Origin: Chrysomallon squamiferum
Taxonomy: Eukaryota > Animalia > Mollusca
Direction: 5' to 3'
Length of the DNA: 64,000 nt
Assembly: GCA_012295275.1 (NCBI GenBank)
Contig: CM022670.1
Location: 8,556,001 to 8,620,000, forward strand
The notes below the pieces were generated by a model. That model did no database searches, was not told where the DNA came from, and saw only the letters and a list, made by a program, of their open reading frames with translations. A program made the translations under genes and the position numbers. Of this stretch, positions 19,133 through 34,510 are shown in pieces. How positions within the stretch are numbered: the stretch's first letter is position 1; each line of letters begins with the position of its first letter.

Positions 19133-20910
19133 TTATTCATTGTCTGGACACTGGCCACACAGATGTCCACACACAAGTTTGGAAAAAGTATACGAACAAA
19201 CCATTTTTTTGTTTTTTGGCAAACATAAGTGACCATCGGGTATGGTACAGTTCACTGAAATAATAAGAATAATAATGATAATAATAATAACTACTACTAC
19301 TACAACAACATCAAAAGTAATAGTAATAATTTGTGGCGGGCTAAGAAAACCCACAAGATAGATGGTCAACAAATTTTGTTTTCGGTTTTTTGACTTTACT
19401 GAATGCTACAGGTATCCCTTTCAATTAAAATCACTTTGAATTATTTAAAACTACCGTTTAGAAATGAAGCTATTACATTTTTCAGATAAATCTTTGCAGA
19501 AAATTACATTTAAAGTTTCTTTATGTAAAACAGTAATGATTTCATCATTGTTTAAGCATTTTAACCATACTGAATACAAGGAAATAAAGCAAAAAATAGT
19601 CTGTTTATAACAACAACAAAAAATAATAATAATAAAAATTATAAAATTTAAGTATCAATTAATTATCTGTGTTTGATAATATAAAAAATGAATAAAAAAA
19701 ATAACCTTTTTCACATTTGTCACCAAAGTTCCAGGGCAAACAGTGACATTTACAGGAACCAGGAATAATAAACCCGTAATTTTCACAACGTTCACATTCT
19801 GCAATGAATAATTAAAGAAATTTAAGAAGAACCAGTCAAAGTACAGCAAATTTCTACATCAAACAGAAAATGAATAAAAACACAAATAAAGATTATAGCT
19901 TAGTGAAGTTAAGACTTTTTAATTTAACGGGAAAGTGTCGAGCATTTTCTTGGGTAAAGGGATACACTAGAAAGGAAACCTACTGCCGCCATTCCAGACT
20001 TGTCCTATGTAAACTTCGCCATGGACACGTAAACAGATTCCATTATTACCTGTTTCTGGGCAACGTTTAAAAAGGGAATATGCCCAGTGGAGTCAGAGAG
20101 AATAAAAATAAATAAATAAATAAATAATAAAAATTAAGAAACAAAACTAAACCATGAAAAAACATTTAAAAACCCAACAAAAACAAACAAACAGCAAAGA
20201 CGAAATCCTTTTATCAAAGAATAAAAAGTCAAGAAAACAGAGCAAAAGAAAAAAGTATATATATATATTGATTTTATCAGTATAATCTGTTGTCATTATA
20301 AAAAGATTTCAGATTCAATAACTCACCTATTTCACATCTGTCACCCATGAAGCCAGGTCGACACAGACACTGACACGTGGTCGGGTGCAGATTGCCCTTC
20401 TCACACGTTTTATTGCAGTCTAGAATAAATGAGAAACTCTAATAGTAACAAAGAAAAAAAACGTAAAAAGAAAGGAGTTTCTACAATATTTGAAAGTTTT
20501 AATGGTAATTCACTACTGAAGGAAGAATTTCCAACATGAGACAATTTTATATAGTTTGACGCAAGTATTGCATTTAATCTTCATAATAATTATATATGTG
20601 CATATGTTTGTATGTATGTATGTATGCATGTATGTATGCCAATAAGTATGTGTATTTATGAATGTATGTATGTATGCATGTGTATTTGTGTGTGTATGTA
20701 TGTGTGTATGCATGCAGATATGAATGTACAAAAGTATACGTATATACAATGTATGCATATAAGTGTCCTTACAGGTATAAATAATTTAGTTTACATTTGC
20801 AAATAAAATGTACGTAAATTACCTGAAGTCCGAGTTATCAGATGTGAAGTGGTCTGTACAACACAACAAGCCAGGAGAAGACAAATTTTAAAAACAACGT
20901 TCATCTTCAT
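19133..20910 (-). CDS. Copy A: secreted EGF-EGF-ShKT protein (131 aa)
   Basis: Exons: 20823-20910 (MKMNVVFKICLLLACCVVQTTSHLITRTS); 20327-20419 (DCNKTCEKGNLHPTTCQCLCRPGFMGDRCEI); 19706-19798 (ECERCENYGFIIPGSCKCHCLPWNFGDKCEK); 19133-19254 (VNCTIPDGHLCLPKNKKMVCSYTFSKLVCGHLCGQCPDNE*). Confidence 0.9.
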
Positions 20911-21389
20911 TTTCGTCAGTAATAATACTAAACTGATGTGTGAGACACTTAAATACTTCTTTCCCTTTCACAAAAATCGACTAAATTTAATATTTATTTA
21001 TCTGCATGATGTTATCATTCCAATATATTTTATTACTTCTTTTTTTACCTTCGTTAACTGAAAGATGGACAAGTGTGCTCTGTATTATTTATTAATCTGT
21101 ATGTAAATTTATTCTAATTATATGGTGGTATAAAGTGATAAACGTAGAAATATTTATTTAAAACTGTTATCAGTTTTTTCTCCATTTGTGTTCATTGTTA
21201 AGTGAAAGTTATAACAGCTTTATTTAATAACCTTTTTACCCAATTTCTCTCTGGAGTTCATAGAAATACATACACACATCCATACATACATACATACATA
21301 CATATATTTGTATGTACATACAAACATACATATATTCATATTATTTACAATAATAATAATAATAATAAGAGATAATAATAAAAAAAATT

Positions 21390-21469
<80 letters not shown>

Positions 21470-21996
21470 TTATAAAGAACACAGACAATAATGATTCAGT
21501 CGTGGAGTTTTGTGTCTTAATCTGCCGATTTGTTAATGATAATTTTATGTTGTACAGAAACTGTTGGCCGTGAAGAAATGGAAAGTCAAAGCAAGTACAG
21601 TAAAATTTTCTCTTCTTGGGTCGTCTACGATCTTGTAGTCCAAGTCTGATCGTATCATTACTGTTTTACATAAAGAAACTTTAAATGCGATTTTCTCAGT
21701 TCATGTTTTCTGTAATATTTTCTTTTCTACTTGGAAATTTTAAATAATTAAAAATGATTTTAATTGGTACTAACCTGTAGCTTTCAATAATGTCGGAAAA
21801 CCAAGGATAAAATTTGTGAGCATGTGATTGGTTTTCCTAGACCGCCGCAAATTATTACTATTAATTTTGATGTTGTTGTTGTTGTGTTGTTGTTGTTGTT
21901 ATTGTTGCTGTTATCATTATCATTACACGCTTTCTGACACTATACGTAATATCTTTTAAATAGCATAAGTGAACTAAATTGTCCATCCTTCACACG

Positions 21997-22166
<170 letters not shown>

Positions 22167-23084
22167 TGCTTGTCTGTAATGCCAATTTAGAAAGAAACCA
22201 TTAGTCACTACAAACATTTAATTACAGATATTAATTTGTTTCACGTTTATATTCCTTTTGTTCAGAGTTTTACTTGTTTCAGTTAAATCATGTATATCCG
22301 TTCATTTATAAAACACTTTTGATACTTTACTCCAGTTACATGGTAAAATATTTAATTAGTTTTAATATTAACTCATTCGGCAGTATCATTCGAAATTACT
22401 GATTTCAATTACTAATCAACTCGGTTTTCAGTTGACTTTATTTAATGGGGAAAAAAAAATTATAAATATTGTAATGTGGATTCATTGTATCATGCAAGTA
22501 AAATAATATTTAAATTTATCGATTATTTATGAACGGAGAAATAACTATTTCCAAGGACAACCTATTTAAATTTTTCAGTTAGAATATTATTGGTAAATAT
22601 GATGAACATGAACACTATTTTAGCAGTGAGCGTTCTCCTGACTTGTTAGTACAGATATATTTGAACAGTGTCAGTGACAGAGAAGATAAAATAGAAATGT
22701 TAATTTCATAAGTTTATTTGTTGTTAGAACGGGAGAAAATGAGCAGTTTTTATTTTATACACTTCTTGACATTTTAAATCTGATTTTTGTTTTGTTCAGT
22801 TATCAGTATTAATCAAACTCTGATGTTAAATCTTTCACTTTTTGTGTTAATTGACAGTTTAAAACTAAAAAAATAATTTTTTTTTTTTTTTCTTTCGTTA
22901 GCATTTTCATATTTCTTAGCATATTAGTTCCTCTATTTCTTTTTCTTTCGTTCTTGCTTCCTTGCTTTTTTCTTTGTTATTACCGCTCTATGTATTTCTT
23001 TCATTGTTTCCCTGTTACATAATCATTAAGTTGACTGTATTATGTAATTATAAAAAATTACAAAACGTTAAATATATATCAGCT

Positions 23085-24864
23085 TTATTCATTGTCTGGA
23101 CACTGGCCACACAGATGTCCACACACAAGTTTGGAAAAAGTATACGAACAAACCATTTTTTTGTTTTTTGGCAAACATAAGTGACCATCGGGTATGGTAC
23201 AGTTCACTGAAATAATAAGAATAATAATGATAATAATAATAACTACTACTAAACAACAACATCAAAAGTAATAGTAATAATTTGTGGCGGGCTAAGAAAA
23301 CCCACAAGATAGATGGTCAACAAATTTTGTTTTCGGTTTTTTGACTTTACTGAATGCTACAGGTATCCCTTTCAATTAAAATCACTTTGAATTATTTAAA
23401 ACTACCGTTTAGAAATGAAGCTATTACATTTTTCAGATAAATCTTTGCAGAAAATTACATTTAAAGTTTCTTTATGTAAAACAGTAATGATTTCATCATT
23501 GTTTAAGCATTTTAACCATACTGAATACAAGGAAATAAAGCAAAAAATAGTCTGTTTATAACAACAACAAAAAATAATAATAATAAAAATTATAAAATTT
23601 AAGTATCAATTAATTATCTGTGTTTGATAATATAAAAATGAATAAAAAAAATAACCTTTTTCACATTTGTCACCAAAGTTCCAGGGCAAACAGTGACATT
23701 TACAGGAACCAGGAATAATAAACCCGTAATTTTCACAACGTTCACATTCTGCAATGAATAATTAAAGAAATTTAAGAAGAACCAGTCAAAGTACAGCAAA
23801 TTTCTACATCAAACAGAAAATGAATAAAAACACAAATAAAGATTATAGCTTAGTGAAGTTAAGACTTTTTAATTTAACGGGAAAGTGTCGAGCATTTTCT
23901 TGGGTAAAGGGATACACTAGAAAGGAAACCTACTGCCGCCATTCCAGACTTGTCCTATGTAAACTTCGCCATGGACACGTAAACAGATTCCATTATTACC
24001 TGTTTCTGGGCAACGTTTAAAAAGGGAATATGCCCAGTGGAGTCAGAGAGAATAAAAATAAATAAATAAATAAATAATAAAAATTAAGAAACAAAACTAA
24101 ACCATGAAAAAACATTTAAAAACCCAACAAAAACAAACAAACAGCAAAGACGAAATCCTTTTATCAAAGAATAAAAAGTCAAGAAAACAGAGCAAAAGAA
24201 ACACGTATATATATATATATATTGATTTTATCAGTATAATCTGTTGTCATTATAAAAAGATTTCAGATTCAATAACTCACCTATTTCACATCTGTCACCC
24301 ATGAAGCCAGGTCGACACAGACACTGACACGTGGTCGGGTGCAGATTGCCCTTCTCACACGTTTTATTGCAGTCTAGAATAAATGAGAAACTCTAATAGT
24401 AACAAAGAAAAAAAACGTAAAAAGAAAGGAGTTTCTACAATATTTGAAAGTTTTAATGGTAATTCACTACTGAAGGAAGAATTTCCAACATGAGACAATT
24501 TTATATAGTTTGACGCAAGTATTGCATTTAATCTTCATAATAATTATATATGTGCATATGTTTGTATGTATGTATGTATGCATGTATGTATGCCAATAAG
24601 TATGTGTATTTATGAATGTATGTATGTATGCATGTGTATTTGTGTGTGTATGTATGTGTGTATGCATGCAGATATGAATGTACAAAAGTATACGTATATA
24701 CAATGTATGCATATAAGTGTCCTTACAGGTATAAATAATTTAGTTTACATTTGCAAATAAAATGTACGTAAATTACCTGAAGTCCGAGTTATCAGATGTG
24801 AAGTGGTCTGTACAACACAACAAGCCAGGAGAAGACAAATTTTAAAAACAACGTTCATCTTCAT
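23085..24864 (-). CDS. Copy B: secreted EGF-EGF-ShKT protein (131 aa, coding sequence appears identical to copy A)
   Basis: Exons 24777-24864, 24281-24373, 23656-23748, 23085-23206; same lengths and, by eye, same sequence as copy A. Confidence 0.88.
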
Positions 24865-25357
24865 TTTCGTCAGTAATAATACTAAACTGATGTCTGAGAC
24901 ACTTAAATACTTCTTTCCCTTTCACAAACATCTGACTAAATTTAATATTTATTTATCTGCATGATGTTATCATTCCAATATATTTTATTACTTCTTTTTT
25001 TACCTTCGTTAACTGAAAGATGGACAAGTGTGCTCTGTATTATTTATTAATCTGTATGTAAATTTATTCTAATTATATGGTGGTATAAAGTGATAAACGT
25101 AGAAATATTTATTTAAAACTGTTATCAGTTTTTTCTCCATTTGTGTTCATTGTTAAGTGAAAGTTATAACAGCTTTATTTAATAACCTTTTTACCCAATT
25201 TCTCTCTGGAGTTCATAGAAATACATACACACATCCATACATACATACATACATACATATATTTGTATGTACATACAAACATACATATATTCATATTATT
25301 TACAATAATAATAATAATAATAAGAGATAATAATAATAAAAAATATTAATAATTACA

Positions 25358-25427
<70 letters not shown>

Positions 25428-25946
25428 TTATAAAGAACACAGACAATAATGATTCAGTCGTGGAGTTTTGTGTCTTAATCTGCCGATTTGTTAATGATAA
25501 TTTTATGTTGTACAGAAACTGTTGGCCGTGAAGAAATGGAAAGTCAAAGCAAGTACAGTAAAATTTTCTCTTCTTGGGTCGTCTACGATCTTGTAGTCCA
25601 AGTCTGATCGTATCATTACTGTTTTACATAAAGAAACTTTAAATGCGATTTTCTCAGTTCATGTTTTCTGTAATATTTTCTTTTCTACTTGGAAATTTTA
25701 AATAATTAAAAATGATTTTAATTGGTACTAACCTGATCTTTCAATAATGTCGGAAAACCAAGGATAAAATTTGTGAGCATGTGATTGGTTTTCCTAGACC
25801 GCCGCAAATTATTACTATTAATTTTGATGTTGTTGTTGTTGTGTTGTTGTTGTTGTTATTGTTGCTGTTATCATTATCATTACACGCTTTCTGACACTAT
25901 ACGTAATATCTTTTAAATAGCATAAGTGAACTAAATTGTCCATCCT

Positions 25947-26141
<195 letters not shown>

Positions 26142-27057
26142 TGCTTGTCTGTAATGCCAATTTAGAAAGAAACCATTAGTCACTACAAACATTTAATTAC
26201 AGATATTAATTTGTTTCACGTTTATATTCCTTTTGTTCAGAGTTTTACTTGTTTCAGTTAAATCATGTATATCCGTTCATTTATAAAACACTTTTGATAC
26301 TTTACTCCAGTTACATGGTAAAATATTTAATTAGTTTTAATATTAACTCATTCGGCAGTATCATTCGAAATTACTGATTTCAATTACTAATCAACTCGGT
26401 TTTCAGTTGACTTTATTTAATGGGGAAAAAAAAAAAATTATAAATATTGTAATGTGGATTCATTGTATCATGCAAGTAAAATAATATTTAAATTTATCGA
26501 TTATTTATGAACGGAGAAATAACTATTTCCAAGGACAACCTATTTAAATTTTTCAGTTAGAATATTATTGGTAAATATGATGAACATGAACACTATTTTA
26601 GCAGTGAGCGTTCTCCTGACTTGTTAGTACAGATATATTTGAACAGTGTCAGTGACAGAGAAGATAAAATAGAAATGTTAATTTCATAAGTTTATTTGTT
26701 GTTAGAACGGGGAAAATGAGCAGTTTTTATTTTATACACTTCTTGACATTTTAAATCTGATTTTTGTTTTGTTCAGTTATCAGTATTAATCAAACTCTGA
26801 TGTTAAATCTTTCACTTTTTGTGTTAATTGACAGTTTAAAACTAAAAAAAAATTTTTTGTTTTCTTTCGTTAGCATTTTCATATTTCTTAGCATATTAGT
26901 TCCTCTATTTCTTTTTCTTTCGTTCTTGCTTCCTTGCTTTTTTCTTTGTTATTACCGCTCTATGTATTTCTTTCATTGTTTCCCTGTTACATAATCAGTT
27001 AAGTTGACTGTATTATGTAATTATAAAAAATTACAAAACGTTAAATATATATCAGCT

Positions 27058-28840
27058 TTATTCATTGTCTGGACACTGGCCACACAGATGTCCACACACA
27101 AGTTTGGAAAAAGTATACGAACAAACCATTTTTTTGTTTTTTGGCAAACATAAGTGACCATCGGGTATGGTACAGTTCACTGAAATAATAAGAATAATAA
27201 TGATAATAATAATAACTACTACTACTACAACAACATCAAAAGTAATAGTAATAATTTGTGGCGGGCTAAGAAAACCCACAAGATAGATGGTCAACAAATT
27301 TTGTTTTCGGTTTTTTGACTTTACTGAATGCTACAGGTATCCCTTTCAATTAAAATCACTTTGAATTATTTAAAACTACCGTTTAGAAATGAAGCTATTA
27401 CATTTTTCAGATAAATCTTTGCAGAAAATTACATTTAAAGTTTCTTTATGTAAAACAGTAATGATTTCATCATTGTTTAAGCATTTTAACCATACTGAAT
27501 ACAAGGAAATAAAGCAAAAAATAGTCTGTTTATAACAACAACAAAAAATAATAATAATAAAAATTATAAAATTTAAGTATCAATTAATTATCTGTGTTTG
27601 ATAATATAAAAATGAATAAAAAAAATAACCTTTTTCACATTTGTCACCAAAGTTCCAGGGCAAACAGCTACATTTACAGGAACCAGGAATAATAAACCCG
27701 AAATTTTCACAACGTTCACATTCTGCAATGAATAATTAAAGAAATTTAAGAAGAACCAGTCAAAGTACAGCAAATTTCTACATCAAACAGAAAATGAATA
27801 AAAACACAAATAAAGATTATAGCTTAGTGAAGTTAAGACTTTTTAATTTAACGGGAAAGTGTCGAGCATTTTCTTGGGTAAAGGGATACACTAGAAAGGA
27901 AACCTACTGCCGCCATTCCAGACTTGTCCTATGTAAACTTCGCCATGGACACGTAAACAGATTCCATTATTACCTGTTTCTGGGCAACGTTTAAAAAGGG
28001 AATATGCCCAGTGGAGTCAGAGAGAATAAAAATAAATAAATAAATAAATAATAAAAATTAAGAAACAAAACTAAACCATGAAAAAACATTTAAAAACCCA
28101 ACAAAAACAAACAAACAGCAAAGACGAAATCCTTTTATCAAAGAATAAAAAGTCAAGAAAACAGAGCAAAAGAAACACGTATATATATATATATTGATTT
28201 TATCAGTATAATCTGTTGTGATTATATAAAGATTTCAGATTCAATAACTCACCTATTTCACATCTGTCACCCATGAAGCCAGGTCGACACAGACACTGAC
28301 ACGTGGTCGGGTGCAGATTGCCCTTCTCACACGTTTTATTGCAGTCTAGAATAAATGAGAAACTCTAATAGTAACAAAGAAAAAAAACGTAAAAAGAAAG
28401 GAGTTTCTACAATATTTGAAAGTTTTAATGGTAATTCACTACTGAAGGAAGAATTTCCAACATGAGACAATTTTATATAGTTTGACGCAAGTATTGCATT
28501 TAATCTTCATAATAATTATATATGTGCATATGTTTGTATGTATGTATGTATGTATGCATGTATGTATGCCAATAAGTATGTGTATTTATGAATGTATGTA
28601 TGTATGCATGTGTATTTGTGTGTGTATGTATGTGTGTATGCATGCAGATATGAATGTACAAAAGTATACGTATATACAATGTATGCATATAAGTGTCCTT
28701 ACAGGTATAAATAATTTAGTTTACATTTGCAAATAAAATGTACGTAAATTACCTGAAGTCCGAGTTATCAGATGTGAAGTGGTCTGTACAACACAACAAG
28801 CCAGGAGAAGACAAATTTTAAAAACAACGTTCATCTTCAT
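27058..28840 (-). CDS. Copy C: secreted EGF-EGF-ShKT protein (131 aa)
   Basis: Exons 28753-28840, 28253-28345, 27630-27722, 27058-27179. Differs from A/B in EGF-B (Y>F and H>S: ECERCENFGFIIPGSCKCSCLPW...). Confidence 0.9.
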
Positions 28841-29279
28841 TTTCGTCAGTAATAATACTAAACTGATGTCTGAGACACTTAAATACTTCTTTCCCTTTCA
28901 CAAACATCTGACTAAATTTAATATTTATTTATCTGCATGATGTTATCATTCCAATATATTTTATTACTTCTTTTTTTACCTTCGTTAACTGAAAGATGGA
29001 CAAGTGTGCTCTGTATTATTTATTAATCTGTATGTAAATTTATTCTAATTATATGGTGGTATAAAGTGATAAACGTAGAAATATTTATTTAAAACTGTTA
29101 TCAGTTTTTTCTCCATTTGTGTTCATTGTTAAGTGAAAGTTATAACAGCTTTATTTAATAACCTTTTTACCCAATTTCTCTCTGGAGTTCATAGAAATAC
29201 ATACACACATCCATACATACATACATACATACATATATTTGTATGTACATACAAACATACATATATTCATATTATTCAC

Positions 29280-29318
<39 letters not shown>

Positions 29319-29349
29319 TAATTACAAATAATAAATAATAATAATAATA

Positions 29350-29389
<40 letters not shown>

Positions 29390-29911
29390 TTATAAAGAAC
29401 ACAGACAATAATGATTCAGTCGTGGAGTTTTGTGTCTTAATCTGCCGATTTGTTAATGATAATTTTATGTTGTACAGAAACTGTTGGCCGTGAAGAAATG
29501 GAAAGTCAAAGCAAGTACAGTAAAATTTTCTCTTCTTGGGTCGTCTACGATCTTGTAGTCCAAGTCTGATCGTATCATTACTGTTTTACATAAAGAAACT
29601 TTAAATGCGATTTTCTCAGTTCATGTTTTCTGTAATATTTTCTTTTCTACTTGGAAATTTTAAATAATTAAAAATGATTTTAATTGGTACTAACCTGTAG
29701 CTTTCAATAATGTCGGAAAACCAAGGATAAAATTTGTGACCATGTGATTGGTTTTCCTAGACTGCCGCAAATTATTATTATTAATTTTGATGTTGTTGTT
29801 GTTGTTGTTGTTGTTATTGTTGCTGTTATCATTATCATTACACGTTTTCTGACATTATACGTAATATCTTTTAAATAGCATAAGTGAACTAAATTGTCCA
29901 TCCTTCACACG

Positions 29912-30047
<136 letters not shown>

Positions 30048-30968
30048 TGTGTGTTTGTGCTTGTCTGTAATGCCAATTTAGAAAGAAATCATTAGTCACT
30101 ACAAACATTTAATTACAGACATTAATTTGTTTCACGTTTATATTCCTTTTGTTCAGAGTTTTTCTTGTTTCAGTTAAATCATGTATATCCGTTCATTTAT
30201 AAAACACTTTTGATACTTTACTCCAGTTACATGGTAAAATATTTAATTAGTTTTAATATTAACTCATTCGGCAGTATCATTCGAAATTATTGATTTCAAT
30301 TACTAATCATCTCGGTTTTCAGTTGACTTTATTTAATGGGGAAAAAAAAATATATATATATTGTAATGAGGATTCATTGTATCATGCAAGTAAAATAATA
30401 TTTAAATTTATCGATTATTTATGAACGGAGAAATAACTATTTCCAAGGACAACTATTTAAATTTTTCAGTTAGAATATTATTGGTAAATATGATGAACAT
30501 GAACACTATTTTAGCAGTGAGCGTTCTCCTGACTTGTTAGTACAGATATATTTGAACAGTGTCAGTGACAGAGAAGATAAAATAGAAATGTTAATTTCAT
30601 AAGTTTATTTGTTGTTAGAACGGGAGAAAATGAGCAGTTTTTATTTTATACACTTCTTGACATTTTAAATCTGATTTTTGTTTTATTCAGTTATCAGTAT
30701 TAATCAAACTCTGATGTTAAATCTTTTACTTTTTGTGTTAATTGACAGTTTAAAACTAAAAAAATATTTTGTTTCTTTCGTTAGCATTTTCATATTTCTT
30801 AGCATATTAGTTCCTCTATTTCGTTTTCTTTCGTTCTTGCTTCCTTGCTTTTTTTCTTTGTTATTACCGCTGTATGTATTTCTTTCATTGTTTCCCTGTT
30901 ACATAATCATTAAGTTGACTGTATTATGTAATTATAAAAAATTACAAAACGTTAAATATATATCAGCT

Positions 30969-31691
30969 TTATTCATTGTCTGGACACTGGTCACACAGAT
31001 GTGTACACACAATTTTGGTAACAGGAATGGAACAAACCACTTTTTTGTTTTTCGGGAAACACATGTAAATATCAGGTACGGTACAGTTCACTGAAATATA
31101 ATAATAATAATAACGATGATAATAATAATAATAACGATGATAATAATAACTACTACTACTACAACAACATCAAAAGTAATAGTAATAATTTGTGGCGGTA
31201 TAGTGACAACCCATCATATGGTTAATTCATTTTATTTTCGGTTTTTGACATTACTGAAAGCTACGTGTTATTTTCAATTAAGAATTCAGTTTAGAAAAGA
31301 GCTTTTTCATTTTTCAGACGAGAATATAAACTGAGAAAATTACACTTAAAGTTTTATTATGTAAAGCACTAGTGGTTTCGTTATTCTTTAACCGTTTTAA
31401 CAGTGTTGAATACATGAAAATAAAGCAAGAAACAGTTTATAATACCAAGAAAAAACTAAAGTGTTTCCAACGTCTAAAAATCATGATGTTAACAAATATG
31501 AAAGACCAAACATACAAAAGTAACCAAAAACACATCTTTTAATGCACAGATTAAATTTTCCTTTTAGGACAACATACTTTAATGTTTTATTTACTATAAA
31601 AGCAAAAACAAATGAAGAAAACGGATCGGTGTGTGTTTCATAATACATATTGAACCCTAATTTGGTAATATTCCAAGCGACTTCCTGGACC

Positions 31692-31726
<35 letters not shown>

Positions 31727-33281
31727 CAGAAGTAATAATAGTAACAACAACAACATTAATAATAATAATAATAATAAGAAGAATAATAATAATAAGGAGA
31801 ACAATAACAACAGCAATAATATTAATAATAATAACAGTAACTACAACAACAACGACAATAATAATAATATTGACTAAACCACTGAAACTGACAACCATTT
31901 TTATAATACTTCTCAAGTATCAATTAATTATCAATGTTTGAAAATATAAAAAGAATAAATAAAAAAACAACAACTTTTTTCACGTTTGTCACCAAAGTAC
32001 CAGGGCGGACAGTCACATTTACAGGAACCAGGAATAGTCCTCCCGAGATTTTCACAACGTTCACATTCTGCAATGAATAATTAAAGTAATTTAAGAAGAA
32101 CCAGACAAAGAACAGCAAATTTCTACATCAAACAGAAAATGAATAAAAACACAAATAAAGATTATAGCTTAGTGAAGTTAACACGTTTTAATGTAACGGA
32201 AAAGTGTCAAGAATTTTCTTTGGTAAAGGGGTACTCTAGAAAGGAAACCCGCTCCAACCACTCTATGGGCTTGTGTTACGTAAGCTTTCCCATGGACACG
32301 TAAGTAGATTCCATTATTACCTATTTCTGGGCCATGTTTGGAAAGGGAAATTGCCCAGTTGAGTCAGAGAGAATAAATAAATAAATAAATAAACAAATAA
32401 ATAATAAAAATTAAGAAATAAAAGTAAACCATGAATAAAAAAACAACAAGGAAACAAACAAACAACAACAACAAAACAACATTACAAACCCAACAAAAAC
32501 AAACAGCAACGACAAAATCTTTTTATCAAGGAGTAAAAATTCAAGAAAACAGAGCAAAACAAACACGTATATATATATATATATATTGATTTTATCAGTA
32601 TAATCTGTTGTCATTATAAAAAGATTTCAGATTCAATAACTCACCTATTTCACATCTGTCACCCATGAAGCCAGGTCGACACAGACACTGACACGTGGTC
32701 GGGTGCAGATTGCCCTTCTCACACGTTTTATTGCAGTCTAGAATAAATTAGAAACTCTAATAGTAACAAAGAAAAAAAAAACGTTAAAAAAATAACATCA
32801 AAATTAACAAGAGAAATAACAACTTCGTAAGTGACAACAAAACAAACCAAACAAAAAAAAAGTTTCTAGAATATTTGAAAGTTTTAGTGGTATTTTACTA
32901 CTGAAGGAAGAATTTCCAACACGAGACAATTTTATCTAGTTTGACGCAAGTATTGCATTTAATCATTATAATAATTATATATGTGCCTATTTTTGTATAT
33001 ATCTATGCGTGTATGTATGCGTGAATGTACATAAGTATGTGTATTGATGTATGTATGTGTATTTGTGTGTGTGTATGAATGTGTGCATGGATGCAGATAT
33101 AAATGTACATACGAGTATGTATATATGTATGTATGTTAGTGTACTTACAGGTATAAATAATTTGGTTTATATTTGCAAATAAAATGTACGTAAATTACAT
33201 GAAGTCCGAGTTATCAGATATGATGTGGTCTGTACTACAAAACAAGCCAGGAGAAATTGCTAAAACAACGTTCATCTTCAT
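30969..33281 (-). pseudogene. Copy D: EGF-EGF-ShKT pseudogene
   Basis: Signal exon 33199-33281 is 83 nt (5-nt deletion vs copy A), giving a frameshift and a TAA early in the next exon. EGF-A 32645-32737; EGF-B 31975-32067 has its last Cys changed to Arg (GDKREK); ShKT 30969-31090 (NCTVPDIYMCFPKNKKVVCSIPVTKIVCTHLCDQCPDNE*). Confidence 0.82.
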
Positions 33282-33595
33282 TTTCGTCAGTAACAATATT
33301 CAACGGATATCTGTGATATTTAAATAGTTGTTTCCATTTCACAAAAGTATGGCAGTTTTTAATATTTGTTTATCGGCACGAGGGTATCAGAGCACATCGC
33401 AATATATTTTATTTATACTTTTTTCATTAACTGAAAGGCGAATCTATGTGCTAATTAGTTCTCCAAATTAAAATGAGTACAGTGGTATTAACGTATATGA
33501 GTAGAAAAGTTTAATTAAAACTCTTATCACTTTTTCAAACATTTGTGTTAACTGAAATTTAATAACATATCTATCTATATCTATATCTTTATCTC

Positions 33596-33633
<38 letters not shown>

Positions 33634-33648
33634 CATCCATCTATCTAC

Positions 33649-33685
<37 letters not shown>

Positions 33686-33980
33686 TACACACACGCACGT
33701 GTGTGTGTATATATAAAATAATAATTTAAAAATATTTATCTTTTATATTGTTCTTATTAAGACAGAATAATAATAATAATAAACATAATAATAATAATAA
33801 TAATAATAATGATGATGATGATGATGATAAAAATAATGAGAAAAAATGATGAAAATAAATAATAAAAGCAGCTAGAACAACAATAATGATTGAAACAAAT
33901 CGAGTTTAGTTAAACTGACAATACGTTTATTCCACTTTGTTGAAAAACAACTCGAAACACAATGTAGTCGATTATATTTT

Positions 33981-34510
33981 TGTTTACTATTTTATTTTAC
34001 AGTTTAAAATATATTATCAACAAATATATTACAAACAAAACATTATTTAACAAATAAATAAATACGACTAATAAAAAATAGTATCAGTAGATAATTTTTT
34101 TATTGTGTTTAGTGAATCTGTGCATATATATTCGTTAATAGGAAAAAAAAAAATGAACCAAAATATTATAATATTTAATAAAAACACAGCTGAAATAGTT
34201 GCTATAAAAAATTAAAGAAGTCACTTGTCAGTAATGTTTACTATGGTTTTATTTTACAGTTTAAAATATATTATCAACAAATATATTACAAACAAAACAT
34301 TATTTAACAAATAAATAAATACGACTAATAAAAAATAGTATCAGTAGATAATTTTTTCTCGCTATTGTGTTTAGTGAATCTGTGCATATATATTCGTTAA
34401 TAGGAAAAAAAAAAATGAACCAAAATATTATAATATTTAATAAAAACACAGCTGAAATAGTTGCTATAAAAAATTAAAGAAGTCACTTGTCAGTAATGTT
34501 TACTATGGTT
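33981..34510. repeat. Direct tandem duplication, period ~257-262 bp
   Basis: TTTTATTTTACAGTTTAAAATATATTATCAAC...GTCACTTGTCAGTAATGTTTACTATGG occurs twice, starting at ~33990 and ~34247. Confidence 0.9.

Noticed and set aside
19655-19849. ORFs reading LQNVNVVKITG... (also 7247, 23614, 27588, 31924)
   Set aside because: Wrong-frame translations of the EGF-B exons.
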